Sequence record: SRR20825019_2180
Length of the DNA: 60,957 nt
Direction: 5' to 3' (one strand)
The translations under genes and the position numbers were made by a program. Shown piece after piece: positions 1 through 9,674 of this stretch; position 1 is the first letter of the stretch, and each line of letters starts with the position of its first letter. The notes under the pieces were generated by a model. The model was given only the letters and a program-made list of their open reading frames with translations. It was not told where the DNA came from and made no database searches.

Positions 1-30
1 TCCTGACTCCTGACTCCTGACTCCTGACTC
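1..30. repeat. Heptamer tandem repeat (TCCTGAC)x4, truncated by window start
   Basis: Directly visible: tcctgac tcctgac tcctgac tcctgac tc. Confidence 0.95.
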
Positions 31-38
31 ATAAAAAA

Positions 39-437
39 TCAATCTTCCAATTTCTCCAAGATATAATCAGGACATTTTATGGGGCGTCCCGCTTTTTTGT
101 CCATAAAGGCTAAAACCGTGTTTGCGGTTGCCAATAACTCCCCTTCTTCGTTCAAAAGATCATAATCAAATTCAATTTTAACCAAGGGTTTTGACTTTAA
201 TTTGGTACGCACGGTCAACAAATCATCATAAACCGCAGACTTTTTGTAGTCAATATGTAAAGAAATTACGGGCAACATTATCCCGTTATCTTCCATGCTT
301 TTGTAAGTGATTCCCATGGCCCTTAACCACTCCACTCGACCCATTTCAAAATACTGTGCGTAGTTTCCATGATAAACAACCCCCATTTGGTCGGTTTCTG
401 CATACCGAACCCGAAAAGAATATGAATTTAGACCCAT
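39..437 (-). CDS. Acyl-CoA thioesterase, YbgC/FadM (4HBT) family
   Basis: RVRYAETDQMGVVYHGNY motif typical of YbgC hotdog thioesterases. Confidence 0.9.
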   Translation of the reverse strand: MGLNSYSFRVRYAETDQMGVVYHGNYAQYFEMGRVEWLRAMGITYKSMEDNGIMLPVISLHIDYKKSAVYDDLLTVRTKLKSKPLVKIEFDYDLLNEEGELLATANTVLAFMDKKAGRPIKCPDYILEKLED

Positions 438-541
438 TTTTAACTGAAAAATTATATATTTAGTGGCTTGCTTATTTTGAGGGTAACATGCGAAAAAAAA
501 ACAAAACTTTCAATGACAAATTGATTTTTTTTTTAAAAGAA

Positions 542-550
542 TTGTTCACA
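542..550 (+). promoter_or_regulatory. Putative DnaA box overlapping dnaA promoter
   Basis: TTGTTCACA, one mismatch to TTWTNCACA, overlapping a -7-like CATATTTG about 85 nt upstream of dnaA. Confidence 0.45.
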
Positions 551-639
551 TATTTGTCGCATCCAATGAGCATCTTGTAACCCTTTAGATGCTTGCTCTT
601 AAGTATTAAAGCTAACCATTAAAACAAGGAAAAACTTCT

Positions 640-2064
640 ATGAGTGCTACTGCTAATTCCGTATGGAACAACTGTTTGGCTTTTATCCAAGATAACATCC
701 AACCGCAGGCATTCAAAACATGGTTTGAACCCATTAAGCCTATAAAATTGACAGATAAGGCACTGAGCATTCAAGTGCCCAGCAAGTTTTTCTACGAATG
801 GCTCGAAGAACATTATGTAAAGCTCCTTAAAGTTGCCATGACCCGTGAATTGGGCAGCAATGCCAAGTTGATCTACGTTATAAAAATGGAGAACAAATAC
901 GGTAACAAGGAACCTTTTACGGAACAGATTCCAAGTTCTAACCGTACCGCTGTGGGACCGCAAGAATTGGATGTGCCGATTACCTCCAAAAGTCCAGAGC
1001 TTAAAAATCCATTTGTGATTCCCGGTATTCGAAACATCAAAATTGAATCCCAGTTAAATCCCAATTATAATTTCGATAATTTTCTGGAAGGCGACTCCAA
1101 CCGTTTGGCAAGGTCGGCCGGTATGGCCGTGGCCAACAAACCGGGAGGAACATCCTTTAACCCATTATTGGTTTTCGGTGGAGTTGGTTTGGGAAAGACC
1201 CACTTGGCCCACGCCATTGGTGTTGAAATAAAAGACAAGTATCCGGAAAAGACCGTACTCTATATTTCTGCGGAGAAATTCACCCAACAATATATAGAGT
1301 CGGTAAAAAAGAATACTCGAAACGATTTCATCCACTTTTACCAGTTGATAGACGTACTTATCATTGATGATGTACAATTTCTATCCGGAAAATCTGGTAC
1401 ACAGGACGTTTTCTTCCATATTTTCAACCACTTGCACCAAAATGGCAAGCAGGTAATTTTAACATCGGACAAAGCTCCTGTGGATATGCAGGACATTGAG
1501 CAGCGTTTGCTTTCCCGTTTTAAATGGGGACTGTCCGCAGAACTGCAAAGCCCCGATTACGAAACCCGCGTATCCATCTTAAAGAACAAATTGTACCGTG
1601 ATGGGGTTGAAATGCCCGATGACATCATTGATCACGTGGCCAAGAACATCAAGACCAATATCCGTGAACTGGAAGGTGCCATCATTTCATTGATAGCGCA
1701 ATCCTCTTTCAATAAACGCGAAGTTACTTTGGAACTGGCCCAACAAGTAGTGGAAAAGTTCGTGAAAAACACCAAGCGCGAAGTATCCATCGACTACATC
1801 CAAAAAGTAGTATCGGATTACTTCGAGATGGATGTGGCCACGCTTCAATCCAAAACAAGAAAACGCCACATTGTACAGGCAAGACAATTGGCCATGTTCT
1901 TTGCAAAGAAATTCACCAAGGCTTCTTTGGCGAGCATCGGTTCACAAATTGGAAAGCGTGATCACGCGACCGTACTGCATGCATGCAAAACGGTGGACAA
2001 TCTTGCGGAGACCGATAAACAATTCAGAAAGTACATCGAGGATTTGAGCAAGAAATTCTCTTAA
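640..2064 (+). CDS. dnaA: Chromosomal replication initiator DnaA
   Basis: Walker A GGVGLGKTHL, LIIDDVQFL, C-terminal GKRDHATVLHA DNA-binding domain. Confidence 0.99.
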   Translation: MSATANSVWNNCLAFIQDNIQPQAFKTWFEPIKPIKLTDKALSIQVPSKFFYEWLEEHYVKLLKVAMTRELGSNAKLIYVIKMENKYGNKEPFTEQIPSSNRTAVGPQELDVPITSKSPELKNPFVIPGIRNIKIESQLNPNYNFDNFLEGDSNRLARSAGMAVANKPGGTSFNPLLVFGGVGLGKTHLAHAIGVEIKDKYPEKTVLYISAEKFTQQYIESVKKNTRNDFIHFYQLIDVLIIDDVQFLSGKSGTQDVFFHIFNHLHQNGKQVILTSDKAPVDMQDIEQRLLSRFKWGLSAELQSPDYETRVSILKNKLYRDGVEMPDDIIDHVAKNIKTNIRELEGAIISLIAQSSFNKREVTLELAQQVVEKFVKNTKREVSIDYIQKVVSDYFEMDVATLQSKTRKRHIVQARQLAMFFAKKFTKASLASIGSQIGKRDHATVLHACKTVDNLAETDKQFRKYIEDLSKKFS

Positions 2065-2080
2065 TTTTCACAACTCATTT

Positions 2081-2533
2081 ATGAAAACCAAAGTTTTGAT
2101 GGTCTGCTTGGGAAACATTTGCAGGTCACCTTTGGGCGAAGGCATCTTAAAATCCAAAGTTGATTCCGAAGATGTTTTTGTGGATTCCGCAGGCACCGCA
2201 GGCTATCATGTGGGCAATCCGCCCGATAAACGCTCCATTGCCGTGGCCCATAAACATGGTCTGGATATTAGCACTCAAAAGTGTAGAAAATTTTCCAAGC
2301 AAGATTTCTCCGAGTTCGATTATATTTATGTGATGGACCGCAGTAATTTTTCAGATGTCGCCGCTCTTGCTTCAAACCAAGAGGAAGCCAACAAAGTAAA
2401 ATTGTTGCTGAGCGAGGTCGAACTGGGAATCAAAGAGGTTCCAGACCCCTACTACGGTGGCGAGGATGGCTTTGAAAATGTTTACCAAATGATTGACAGG
2501 GCTTGTGAGGAAATTGCGAAAAAGCTAAATTAA
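2081..2533 (+). CDS. Low molecular weight protein-tyrosine phosphatase
   Basis: VCLGNICRSP active site and DPYY loop. Confidence 0.97.
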   Translation: MKTKVLMVCLGNICRSPLGEGILKSKVDSEDVFVDSAGTAGYHVGNPPDKRSIAVAHKHGLDISTQKCRKFSKQDFSEFDYIYVMDRSNFSDVAALASNQEEANKVKLLLSEVELGIKEVPDPYYGGEDGFENVYQMIDRACEEIAKKLN

Positions 2534-2537
2534 ACCC

Positions 2538-3266
2538 ATGGAAGAGGTAAAACCTGGTTTAGTAGTGGGTAAAATCTATTTGATTCCCACAACTTTAGGA
2601 GACAATGCTCCTTTGGAAGTCCTGCCCATTTCGGTAAAAGGGACCATAGAGCGCATTGACCACTATATCGTGGAAAATGAGAAAACGGCCAGACGTTTTA
2701 TAAAACGGGTAAGCCCGAGCAAATCGCAACCTGATTTACATTTACAATCCCTGAATAAATACACCAATCCTGAGGAAATTCCCGGTTTTTTAGACCCCTG
2801 TATTCATGGACATGATATTGGCATTTTGTCCGAAGCTGGGTGTCCGGGCATTGCCGACCCAGGAGCCGATGTAGTTCGTGTTGCGCATCAAAAAAGAATA
2901 CAAGTGGTACCGCTGGTGGGCCCCTCCTCTATTTTAATGGCCATGATGAGCAGTGGCATGAACGGCCAGAACTTTGCTTTCAATGGTTATTTGCCCATCG
3001 ATAATGCAGAGCGCAAAAAAATGGTGAAGAGCTTGGAACGATTATCCCGTGAAAAAGGGCAGTCCCAAATTTTTATGGAAACCCCTTACCGCAACAATAA
3101 ATTGGTAAAGGAACTTATAAAAACATTACAGAAATCAACCCGACTGTGTATTGCATGCGATATTACGTTACCCACAGAGTTTATCTCCACAAAAAGCGCC
3201 CATGAATGGAGCGAAATAGAGATAGATCTGGACAAAAGACCAACAATATATATTATTCAAGCATAA
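2538..3266 (+). CDS. SAM-dependent methyltransferase, RsmI-like (tetrapyrrole methylase fold)
   Basis: LSEAGCPGIADPG, VVPLVGPSS, IFMETPYR motifs. Confidence 0.88.
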   Translation: MEEVKPGLVVGKIYLIPTTLGDNAPLEVLPISVKGTIERIDHYIVENEKTARRFIKRVSPSKSQPDLHLQSLNKYTNPEEIPGFLDPCIHGHDIGILSEAGCPGIADPGADVVRVAHQKRIQVVPLVGPSSILMAMMSSGMNGQNFAFNGYLPIDNAERKKMVKSLERLSREKGQSQIFMETPYRNNKLVKELIKTLQKSTRLCIACDITLPTEFISTKSAHEWSEIEIDLDKRPTIYIIQA

Positions 3267-3292
3267 AAAAGCCCCGAATTTCGGGGCTTTCT
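3265..3292. terminator. Bidirectional intrinsic terminator
   Basis: AAAGCCCCGAA/TTCGGGGCTTT hairpin between convergent genes. Confidence 0.9.
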
Positions 3293-3312
3293 TGTTTTAC
3301 ATCATGCCGTAG

Positions 3313-3966
3313 TTATACTTTGGCATTTTTCTGTTGCTTGATATTGGAAATATCGTAGCCCGCAAATTTTTTCATATAGTACGAGATATTACTTCCGTAA
3401 GCATCAGTTACATCGTTTTGTCCATAAGATCGTAGATACTTTTTGACGTTACCTGCTCCAGCCAAATGGGCCGCAGCCAAAATACCGGATTCAGTTACTT
3501 TGATTCCTCCGATAGTTTTTCCGTTGAAGCGCTTGATATCCCTTCTCAAAATCCATTTGTTACGGGCAATATTGGCCATAAAGGCCTTTTCCTGAAGTTC
3601 TGGATTGTCCAAAAATTCATCCATATCGTAAACTCCCATCAAATTTAATGTGCTGCTACCAAACTGGTATTTGCCCAAATAACCCAATGTATTTACTCTT
3701 TGATACTTGCCTTGGGATTCTTTAAAAGCAAGCGCTTCTTTAAAGCCATTGAAAGCTTTACCCAGAAAAGGAGGTGTTACCTCGTCCTCGTCAAGAAGTG
3801 GTATGGAATCCAATGGTGCAAAGAATTCCAAATTGGTCGTAACCTTCAATGAATCGGGAATTTCAACATTCCCTCTTTTCATTATGGTATATGAACCAAA
3901 ACTTGTCAAAACTACGATCATGGCAAGATGTAGTATAAAACCTATCCATCTTTTCATAATGTTCAT
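3313..3966 (-). CDS. Membrane-anchored lysozyme-like/lytic transglycosylase-fold protein
   Basis: N-terminal hydrophobic segment; KESQG...YLGKYQF...LAAAHLAGAG resemble SLT motifs I-III. Confidence 0.7.
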   Translation of the reverse strand: MNIMKRWIGFILHLAMIVVLTSFGSYTIMKRGNVEIPDSLKVTTNLEFFAPLDSIPLLDEDEVTPPFLGKAFNGFKEALAFKESQGKYQRVNTLGYLGKYQFGSSTLNLMGVYDMDEFLDNPELQEKAFMANIARNKWILRRDIKRFNGKTIGGIKVTESGILAAAHLAGAGNVKKYLRSYGQNDVTDAYGSNISYYMKKFAGYDISNIKQQKNAKV

Positions 3967-4117
3967 ATTTGTGATCTCGATACTATATACGTATCAAAAA
4001 TCAATTTGGCCGGCAAATATAGATGGAGATAAGTTAAAGGGCACCCTAAAGCTCATAAAGATTTCTTAAATCAGGCTTAAAATACGTTAAATGGATGAAA
4101 ATCAACGATAAAGAACC

Positions 4118-5161
4118 TTATCTCAGAACTTTTTGTTGATTCAACCATCGGGTGTATTGTACCTTATTTCGGTTGTGTTGCGCCAAAGATTTGGCAAACA
4201 TATGGTATCCGAAGTTGGAAACGTCGGCCACAAAATAAAGATAATCGTGTTTTTCAGGGTTCAAAACCGCATCGATTGAAGTAATGTCCGGCATGGTTAT
4301 CGGACCTGGTGGAACACCTGCATATTTATAGGTATTGTAAGGTGAATCCATTTCCAAATCACGAAAAAGGACTCTTTTAATAATGGTGTCGTAATTGCCC
4401 GTTTCCTTTTTGATGGCGTAGATCACGGTGGGGTCGGCCTGAAGCAACATTCCTTTTCGGATTCGATTCAGGTACACGCCCGCCACTCGCGGACGCTCAT
4501 CTACCTTGGCGGTTTCTTTCTGTACTATGGCTGCCAAAGCGGTAACCTCATTGGGAGTCAACCCAAGGTTTTTTGCCTTTTGCAAACGGTCACTGTTCCA
4601 GAAGCGTTCGTATTCCGTCCGCATTCTATCCCTAAAACTTTTAGCGTCGGTATTCCAGAAAAATTCATAGGTATTTGGAATGTACATCGCCAGTTTGGTA
4701 TCCTCATCAAACTTTGTTTCCTTCAAAAACTCAGGATCATTGAATGTTTGAAGCAATTCTAAACTATCTGCTTCTATCTGCTCTGAGACTCTTCCCGCCA
4801 GCAATGCCAGCGATTCTTGATTATTAAATGATACTTGAACAGGTAAGTTGGCGCTCCGAAGGGTATTGATAATCTCATTATTGTTCATCCCTTTTTTGAG
4901 AGCGTATTTGCCTGCTTTTATATTGGTGATATACCCTTTACGCTTGGCGACGGCCTCAAAAGTCGACAAATCTTGCAACAAAGGTTCCAATGAAGTTTTT
5001 ACATCACTGAACGATGCATCCGTTTCAATGTAAACAAAGGCTTCATCATTATTGAACTGGGTATTGGGACTAAAAATGGCACTGTAAATTTGATAGGCAA
5101 TAAAACCGCAGATCAACAATCCGAGGACGGCCGTTGCCCAAAGTACTTTCTTAAGATTCAT
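4118..5161 (-). CDS. mltG: Endolytic transglycosylase MltG (YceG)
   Basis: N-terminal TM; AAIVQKET, VAGVYLNR, LQADPTVIYA, SPYNTY, YLYFVA motifs. Confidence 0.97.
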   Translation of the reverse strand: MNLKKVLWATAVLGLLICGFIAYQIYSAIFSPNTQFNNDEAFVYIETDASFSDVKTSLEPLLQDLSTFEAVAKRKGYITNIKAGKYALKKGMNNNEIINTLRSANLPVQVSFNNQESLALLAGRVSEQIEADSLELLQTFNDPEFLKETKFDEDTKLAMYIPNTYEFFWNTDAKSFRDRMRTEYERFWNSDRLQKAKNLGLTPNEVTALAAIVQKETAKVDERPRVAGVYLNRIRKGMLLQADPTVIYAIKKETGNYDTIIKRVLFRDLEMDSPYNTYKYAGVPPGPITMPDITSIDAVLNPEKHDYLYFVADVSNFGYHMFAKSLAQHNRNKVQYTRWLNQQKVLR

Positions 5162-5684
5162 TTGTATTGATCTTTTGATACATTATTTCGTTCTTGAACC
5201 CTTGGTTGGTTCTTATCCATTCCTTTTTAACGCCGATTTCTTCGAATCCCATTTTTTGAAACAAATGGATACTCGCCTCATTATCCTCCAAAATATTGGC
5301 GTAGAGTTGATGCATGTCCAAAGCTGAAAATGCATAATCGCACAAAAGCGACAAGGCTTCTGCACCAGCACCTTTATTGCGGTCGCCGGGCTCTACGATT
5401 ATAATTCCAATGCCGGCACGGCGGTTTTTGGGGTCAAAATCGAACAAATCGATTAACCCAATGCACTCATCTTGATTGTTACTGATACACAATCGTAATT
5501 GCTTCACATCATAAATATCCCTGTGGGCATTGTCCAAATACAATTGCAGCACCTTTTTGGAGTAAGGTTTTAGCGTACCGCTCAGTTCCCATACCGATGT
5601 ATCGTTTTCCAATCTATACAGAAAATCTAGGTCAGTGGGCTCCAATGCCCGCAAATAAATGTGTTGTCCCTTTAGATTGAGCAT
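5151..5684 (-). CDS. GNAT N-acetyltransferase (SpeG/RimL-like)
   Basis: YLRALEPTD, RNKGAG, NEASIHLFQKMGF. Confidence 0.88.
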   Translation of the reverse strand: MLNLKGQHIYLRALEPTDLDFLYRLENDTSVWELSGTLKPYSKKVLQLYLDNAHRDIYDVKQLRLCISNNQDECIGLIDLFDFDPKNRRAGIGIIIVEPGDRNKGAGAEALSLLCDYAFSALDMHQLYANILEDNEASIHLFQKMGFEEIGVKKEWIRTNQGFKNEIMYQKINTNES

Positions 5685-6454
5685 TCGATGGTTCCTTTAA
5701 ACACTTGTATGGCTGGGCCTTTTAAAAAGACATTGCTGTATTTCCCCTCCTTTTTCTCAAAAGAAATGGTCAAATCCCCCCCGATGGTATGGATATGTAC
5801 CTCGTTCGCGGCGGTTTTACCTGATTCGTGCATGGCCAGGGCCACAGCGGTCACCCCTGTGCCACAGGAAAAGGTCTCCCCCTCCACTCCTCTTTCGTAG
5901 GTACGTACATCAAAGGCATTGTCGCTGGTCTGTTCCACAAAATTGATATTGCTTCCAGATGCCCCATAAATTCCGTAGCGGAGTTTTTTGCCTTCCTTTT
6001 GTACATCAAACTGCTTTAGCTCCTTTACTAGTTGCACATGATGTGGGGAGCCAGTATCCAAAAAACTATGGTTTTGTTTCTCGTGTATCTTATCCACATC
6101 AATCATCTTTAAATTTACGATGTCGCCTTCTACGGTAGCTTTATGAAGACCATCTACTGCATTAAAGGTGGTCTTTTCTTCTATCACTCCCAAATAATGG
6201 GCAAACGCTACCAAGCAGCGACCTCCATTGCCACACATAGTGCTTTCGGCTCCATCTGCATTATAGTAAACCATCTTAAAATCAGACACATTGTCATTTT
6301 CGAGCAGAATCAAACCGTCCGCTCCAATGCCAAATCTTCGGTCACAAAGCTCCGCTACAAGCTTGGTATTGTTTTTGGGAAATATATCCTGACGATTGTC
6401 GATAATTACAAAATCGTTTCCCGTTCCTTGATATTTAAAAAACTGTAGTTCCAT
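5672..6454 (-). CDS. dapF: Diaminopimelate epimerase
   Basis: KYQGTGNDF, MCGNGGRC, RTYERGVE-ETFSCGTG. Confidence 0.98.
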   Translation of the reverse strand: MELQFFKYQGTGNDFVIIDNRQDIFPKNNTKLVAELCDRRFGIGADGLILLENDNVSDFKMVYYNADGAESTMCGNGGRCLVAFAHYLGVIEEKTTFNAVDGLHKATVEGDIVNLKMIDVDKIHEKQNHSFLDTGSPHHVQLVKELKQFDVQKEGKKLRYGIYGASGSNINFVEQTSDNAFDVRTYERGVEGETFSCGTGVTAVALAMHESGKTAANEVHIHTIGGDLTISFEKKEGKYSNVFLKGPAIQVFKGTIECSI

Positions 6455-6588
6455 GATTATCTACAAAGGAACAAATATACGGGGTTTTTTAAGGTTTTTT
6501 TTGGAGTTAAAACAGCGTTAAACCGACTTAGCCAAAAATTGAAAACTTTTAATTTTGATAAAGCTTAATGTTAAATTGTTAATGAATT

Positions 6589-7989
6589 ATGAAGAAAATA
6601 GCTAGTTTATTCCTTGTATCCGTATTTGCAGGTGCAATTACGCTTGGAGCTTACAAATTATTTTTTGAGAAAGAAAGCTATAAATGGGTCACTACGCAAG
6701 AGGAAACACCTTTTGTAACCACGAGTAATCTGGAAACTTCCGCCAGTGGGGCAGGTATCAACGAGGTTGATTTTACCTCTGCGGCCGAAAAAACGGTGAA
6801 TTCCGTGGTACACGTAAAAAATATGACCATGAGCAGTAGGGGGCCGTCCAGTATTGCCGAGTTCTTCTATGGGTATGAACGTAAATCGACCCCACAGGTA
6901 GGAACTGGTTCCGGAGTGATTATTTCTCCAGATGGTTACATAGTGACCAATAATCACGTAATCGCCAACTCGAGCCAACTGGAAGTGGTATTGAACAACA
7001 ACAAATCATATGAGGCCGAAGTAATCGGAACCGACGCCGACTCGGACATCGCCCTTTTAAAGATAGATGCCGAAGATGCTCTTCCCTATTTGGCTTTTGG
7101 GGATTCCGACAATGCGAAAATTGGCGAGTGGGTACTTGCCGTTGGCAACCCCTTTAACCTTACCTCTACCGTAACTGCTGGAATAGTGAGTGCCAAAGCA
7201 CGGTCACTTTCCCCAACCGGCGCACAATCCTTTATACAGACCGATGCCGCGGTCAACCCGGGAAACAGTGGTGGCGCTTTGGTGAACACCAATGGTGATC
7301 TTATAGGCATAAACACCGCCATCACCTCGCAAACAGGCTCCTACGTAGGCTATGCCTTTGCGGTTCCCAGTAATATTGCCAAAAAGGTAGTGGAGGATAT
7401 TATGGAGTTCGGTAATGTCCAAAAAGGACTGTTGGGTATTTCCGCTGCAAATACCAGGTCTCCACAAGCTATTGAAATGGGGCTCGATGAACTTGAAGGT
7501 GTTTATGTGGCAGGCGTGGAAGAAGAGTCCGGCGCCGATGAGGCCGGTTTAATGCAAGGTGACGTCATTAAAAAAGTGGATAATGTCAATATTGGCAAGT
7601 TCTCTGAACTTACAGGGTATTTAAATTCCAAAAGGCCCGGAGATGTGGTACAAGTAACATTGGACCGAGATGGCGAAAATTTGGTAAAAAATGTAACCTT
7701 GAAAAAACAGAACAGCATTATTCTACCAGCTACTTCTTTTAAGGTGAAAAACTTGACCAAAGAAGACAAAAAGAAATTTGGCGTATCCAAAGGCGTTAAG
7801 ATTATTGATGTTCCCCAAGGTTACTCCCGATATGGTTTGACCAACAAGGTCATCATTGAATTGGATGGTGAACCCATCAATAATATTGATGATGCCAAGC
7901 AACTTTTTGGCCAATTGTCCCGATATGGACGAACCAGTTTCACCATGATCAATGAAGATGGTGAAAAAGAACACATGATACTTCAGTAA
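6589..7989 (+). CDS. htrA: HtrA/DegP-family serine protease with PDZ domains
   Basis: TNNHVI, DIALLKI, QTDAAVNPGNSGGAL catalytic triad plus C-terminal PDZ. Confidence 0.95.
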   Translation: MKKIASLFLVSVFAGAITLGAYKLFFEKESYKWVTTQEETPFVTTSNLETSASGAGINEVDFTSAAEKTVNSVVHVKNMTMSSRGPSSIAEFFYGYERKSTPQVGTGSGVIISPDGYIVTNNHVIANSSQLEVVLNNNKSYEAEVIGTDADSDIALLKIDAEDALPYLAFGDSDNAKIGEWVLAVGNPFNLTSTVTAGIVSAKARSLSPTGAQSFIQTDAAVNPGNSGGALVNTNGDLIGINTAITSQTGSYVGYAFAVPSNIAKKVVEDIMEFGNVQKGLLGISAANTRSPQAIEMGLDELEGVYVAGVEEESGADEAGLMQGDVIKKVDNVNIGKFSELTGYLNSKRPGDVVQVTLDRDGENLVKNVTLKKQNSIILPATSFKVKNLTKEDKKKFGVSKGVKIIDVPQGYSRYGLTNKVIIELDGEPINNIDDAKQLFGQLSRYGRTSFTMINEDGEKEHMILQ

Positions 7990-8009
7990 AAAGTGCTGAA
8001 AAAACACTT

Positions 8010-8038
8010 AAAAGCGTCTTTAAAAAGGCGCTTTTTTT
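8010..8038 (+). terminator. Intrinsic terminator after htrA
   Basis: AAAAGCGTCTT/AAGGCGCTTTT hairpin plus T-run. Confidence 0.85.
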
Positions 8039-8118
8039 ATACCCTTTATGTTTTACGAAAACGTTTGAAATATATAATTTAGCCACGAAATTAATCATCA
8101 CAACCGCAACCATCATCC

Positions 8119-9567
8119 ATGAACAACAATTTATCTTACGAAAAAGAACTTGCCTTTCAGGCAGATAGACGTAAAGCCACTACCGAATTCATAAAGATCA
8201 TAAGCGACCTTTGGTACGACAAGGCTATCGAAGTGGTTCTCTTCAAAAATCAAATCATCGACAAGAATGTAAGCGACATCATCAACCTACACGAATATGC
8301 GGTTGAGTTTGTTCAAAAGCCTATGTCTATTTTTGATTCCGTGGAGATTCTACGGGCCATCAACGACCTTAACCTCCCTCCTGCCAAACTCGATATCGGC
8401 AAATTGACCTACGAGTACAATTCCAGCCAGAACGCCCATTTAAATGTAAAGGCCTTTGTTATCGATAAACTAAAGGGCGCCCAAACCTCCAAAGCCATAA
8501 ATCCAAAAGATGTGGTGCTGTATGGTTTTGGACGCATTGGACGTTTGGTAGCGCGCGAACTTATGGCCAAAACAGGCCGAGGAAGTCAGTTACGATTGCG
8601 TGCCATTGTAGTCCGCGGCGAAATGAACAGGGAAGTTTTGGAAAAAAGAGCCGCACTCCTTAAGACCGATTCGGTTCACGGACCTTTTACCGGAACTGTT
8701 GATGTTGATATGGAAAAGCAAGCACTTATCATTAATGGTACAACCGTAAAAATCATCAATGCCAATCAACCCGAAGATATCGATTACACCCAATACGGCA
8801 TCCAAAACGCCTTGATTATCGATAACACCGGTGCCTTTAGGGACAACAAGGAACTATCTCGACATCTGAAATCAAAAGGGGCCAGCAAGGTGTTGTTGAC
8901 CGCCCCGGGAAAAGAGGTTCCTAATATTGTACACGGGGTAAACCACAAGGATTTTGACCCGGACAAGACAAAAATATACTCTGCTGCGTCATGCACTACG
9001 AACGCCATTACCCCTATCCTAAAGGTCATCGAGGATTCCCTGGGCATTAAAAAAGGGCATTTGGAGACCATCCACGCCTATACCAATGACCAGAATTTGG
9101 TGGACAATATGCACAATAAGTACCGTCGTGGCCGTGCGGCCGCACTTAATATGGTGATTACGGAAACAGGTGCAGGGTCGGCAGTTGCCAAAGCATTGCC
9201 ATCGCTAAAGGGAAAACTGACCTCGAACGCCATAAGGGTTCCCGTACCCAATGGGTCACTTGCCATCCTAAACTTAGAGGTCAAAAACAAAACCTCAAAA
9301 GAGGGCATTGATACCATCATTAAAAAATATGCATTGGAAGGTGATTTGGTGGAGCAGATAAAGTATGCGCTGAGCAACGAATTGGTATCTTCGGACATTG
9401 TAGGCACCACGGCGCCATCAATTTATGACAGCAAGGCCACAATTGTTGCTCCCGGCGGAAAAAATGTGGTATTGTATATTTGGTACGATAACGAGTATGG
9501 TTATTCGCATCAAGTTGTGCGATTGGCAAAATATATCGCAAAAGTTAGGCGTTATACGTATTATTAG
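8119..9567 (+). CDS. gap: Glyceraldehyde-3-phosphate dehydrogenase, long form with ~130-aa N-terminal extension
   Basis: YGFGRIGR, ASCTTN, WYDNEYGYS. Confidence 0.95.
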   Translation: MNNNLSYEKELAFQADRRKATTEFIKIISDLWYDKAIEVVLFKNQIIDKNVSDIINLHEYAVEFVQKPMSIFDSVEILRAINDLNLPPAKLDIGKLTYEYNSSQNAHLNVKAFVIDKLKGAQTSKAINPKDVVLYGFGRIGRLVARELMAKTGRGSQLRLRAIVVRGEMNREVLEKRAALLKTDSVHGPFTGTVDVDMEKQALIINGTTVKIINANQPEDIDYTQYGIQNALIIDNTGAFRDNKELSRHLKSKGASKVLLTAPGKEVPNIVHGVNHKDFDPDKTKIYSAASCTTNAITPILKVIEDSLGIKKGHLETIHAYTNDQNLVDNMHNKYRRGRAAALNMVITETGAGSAVAKALPSLKGKLTSNAIRVPVPNGSLAILNLEVKNKTSKEGIDTIIKKYALEGDLVEQIKYALSNELVSSDIVGTTAPSIYDSKATIVAPGGKNVVLYIWYDNEYGYSHQVVRLAKYIAKVRRYTYY

Positions 9568-9674
9568 TGGGGCACGAATTGTTCTTTGAACTGATTTTCT
9601 TTTTTTAAATTAGGTATATTGATGTAATTTCGCTCCACCCTTAATCTAAATTTAATACGAGAACATTATTGAAC

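Noticed and set aside
438..639. oriC immediately upstream of dnaA
   Set aside because: Only one near-consensus DnaA box in 200 bp, and GC skew cannot be computed here.
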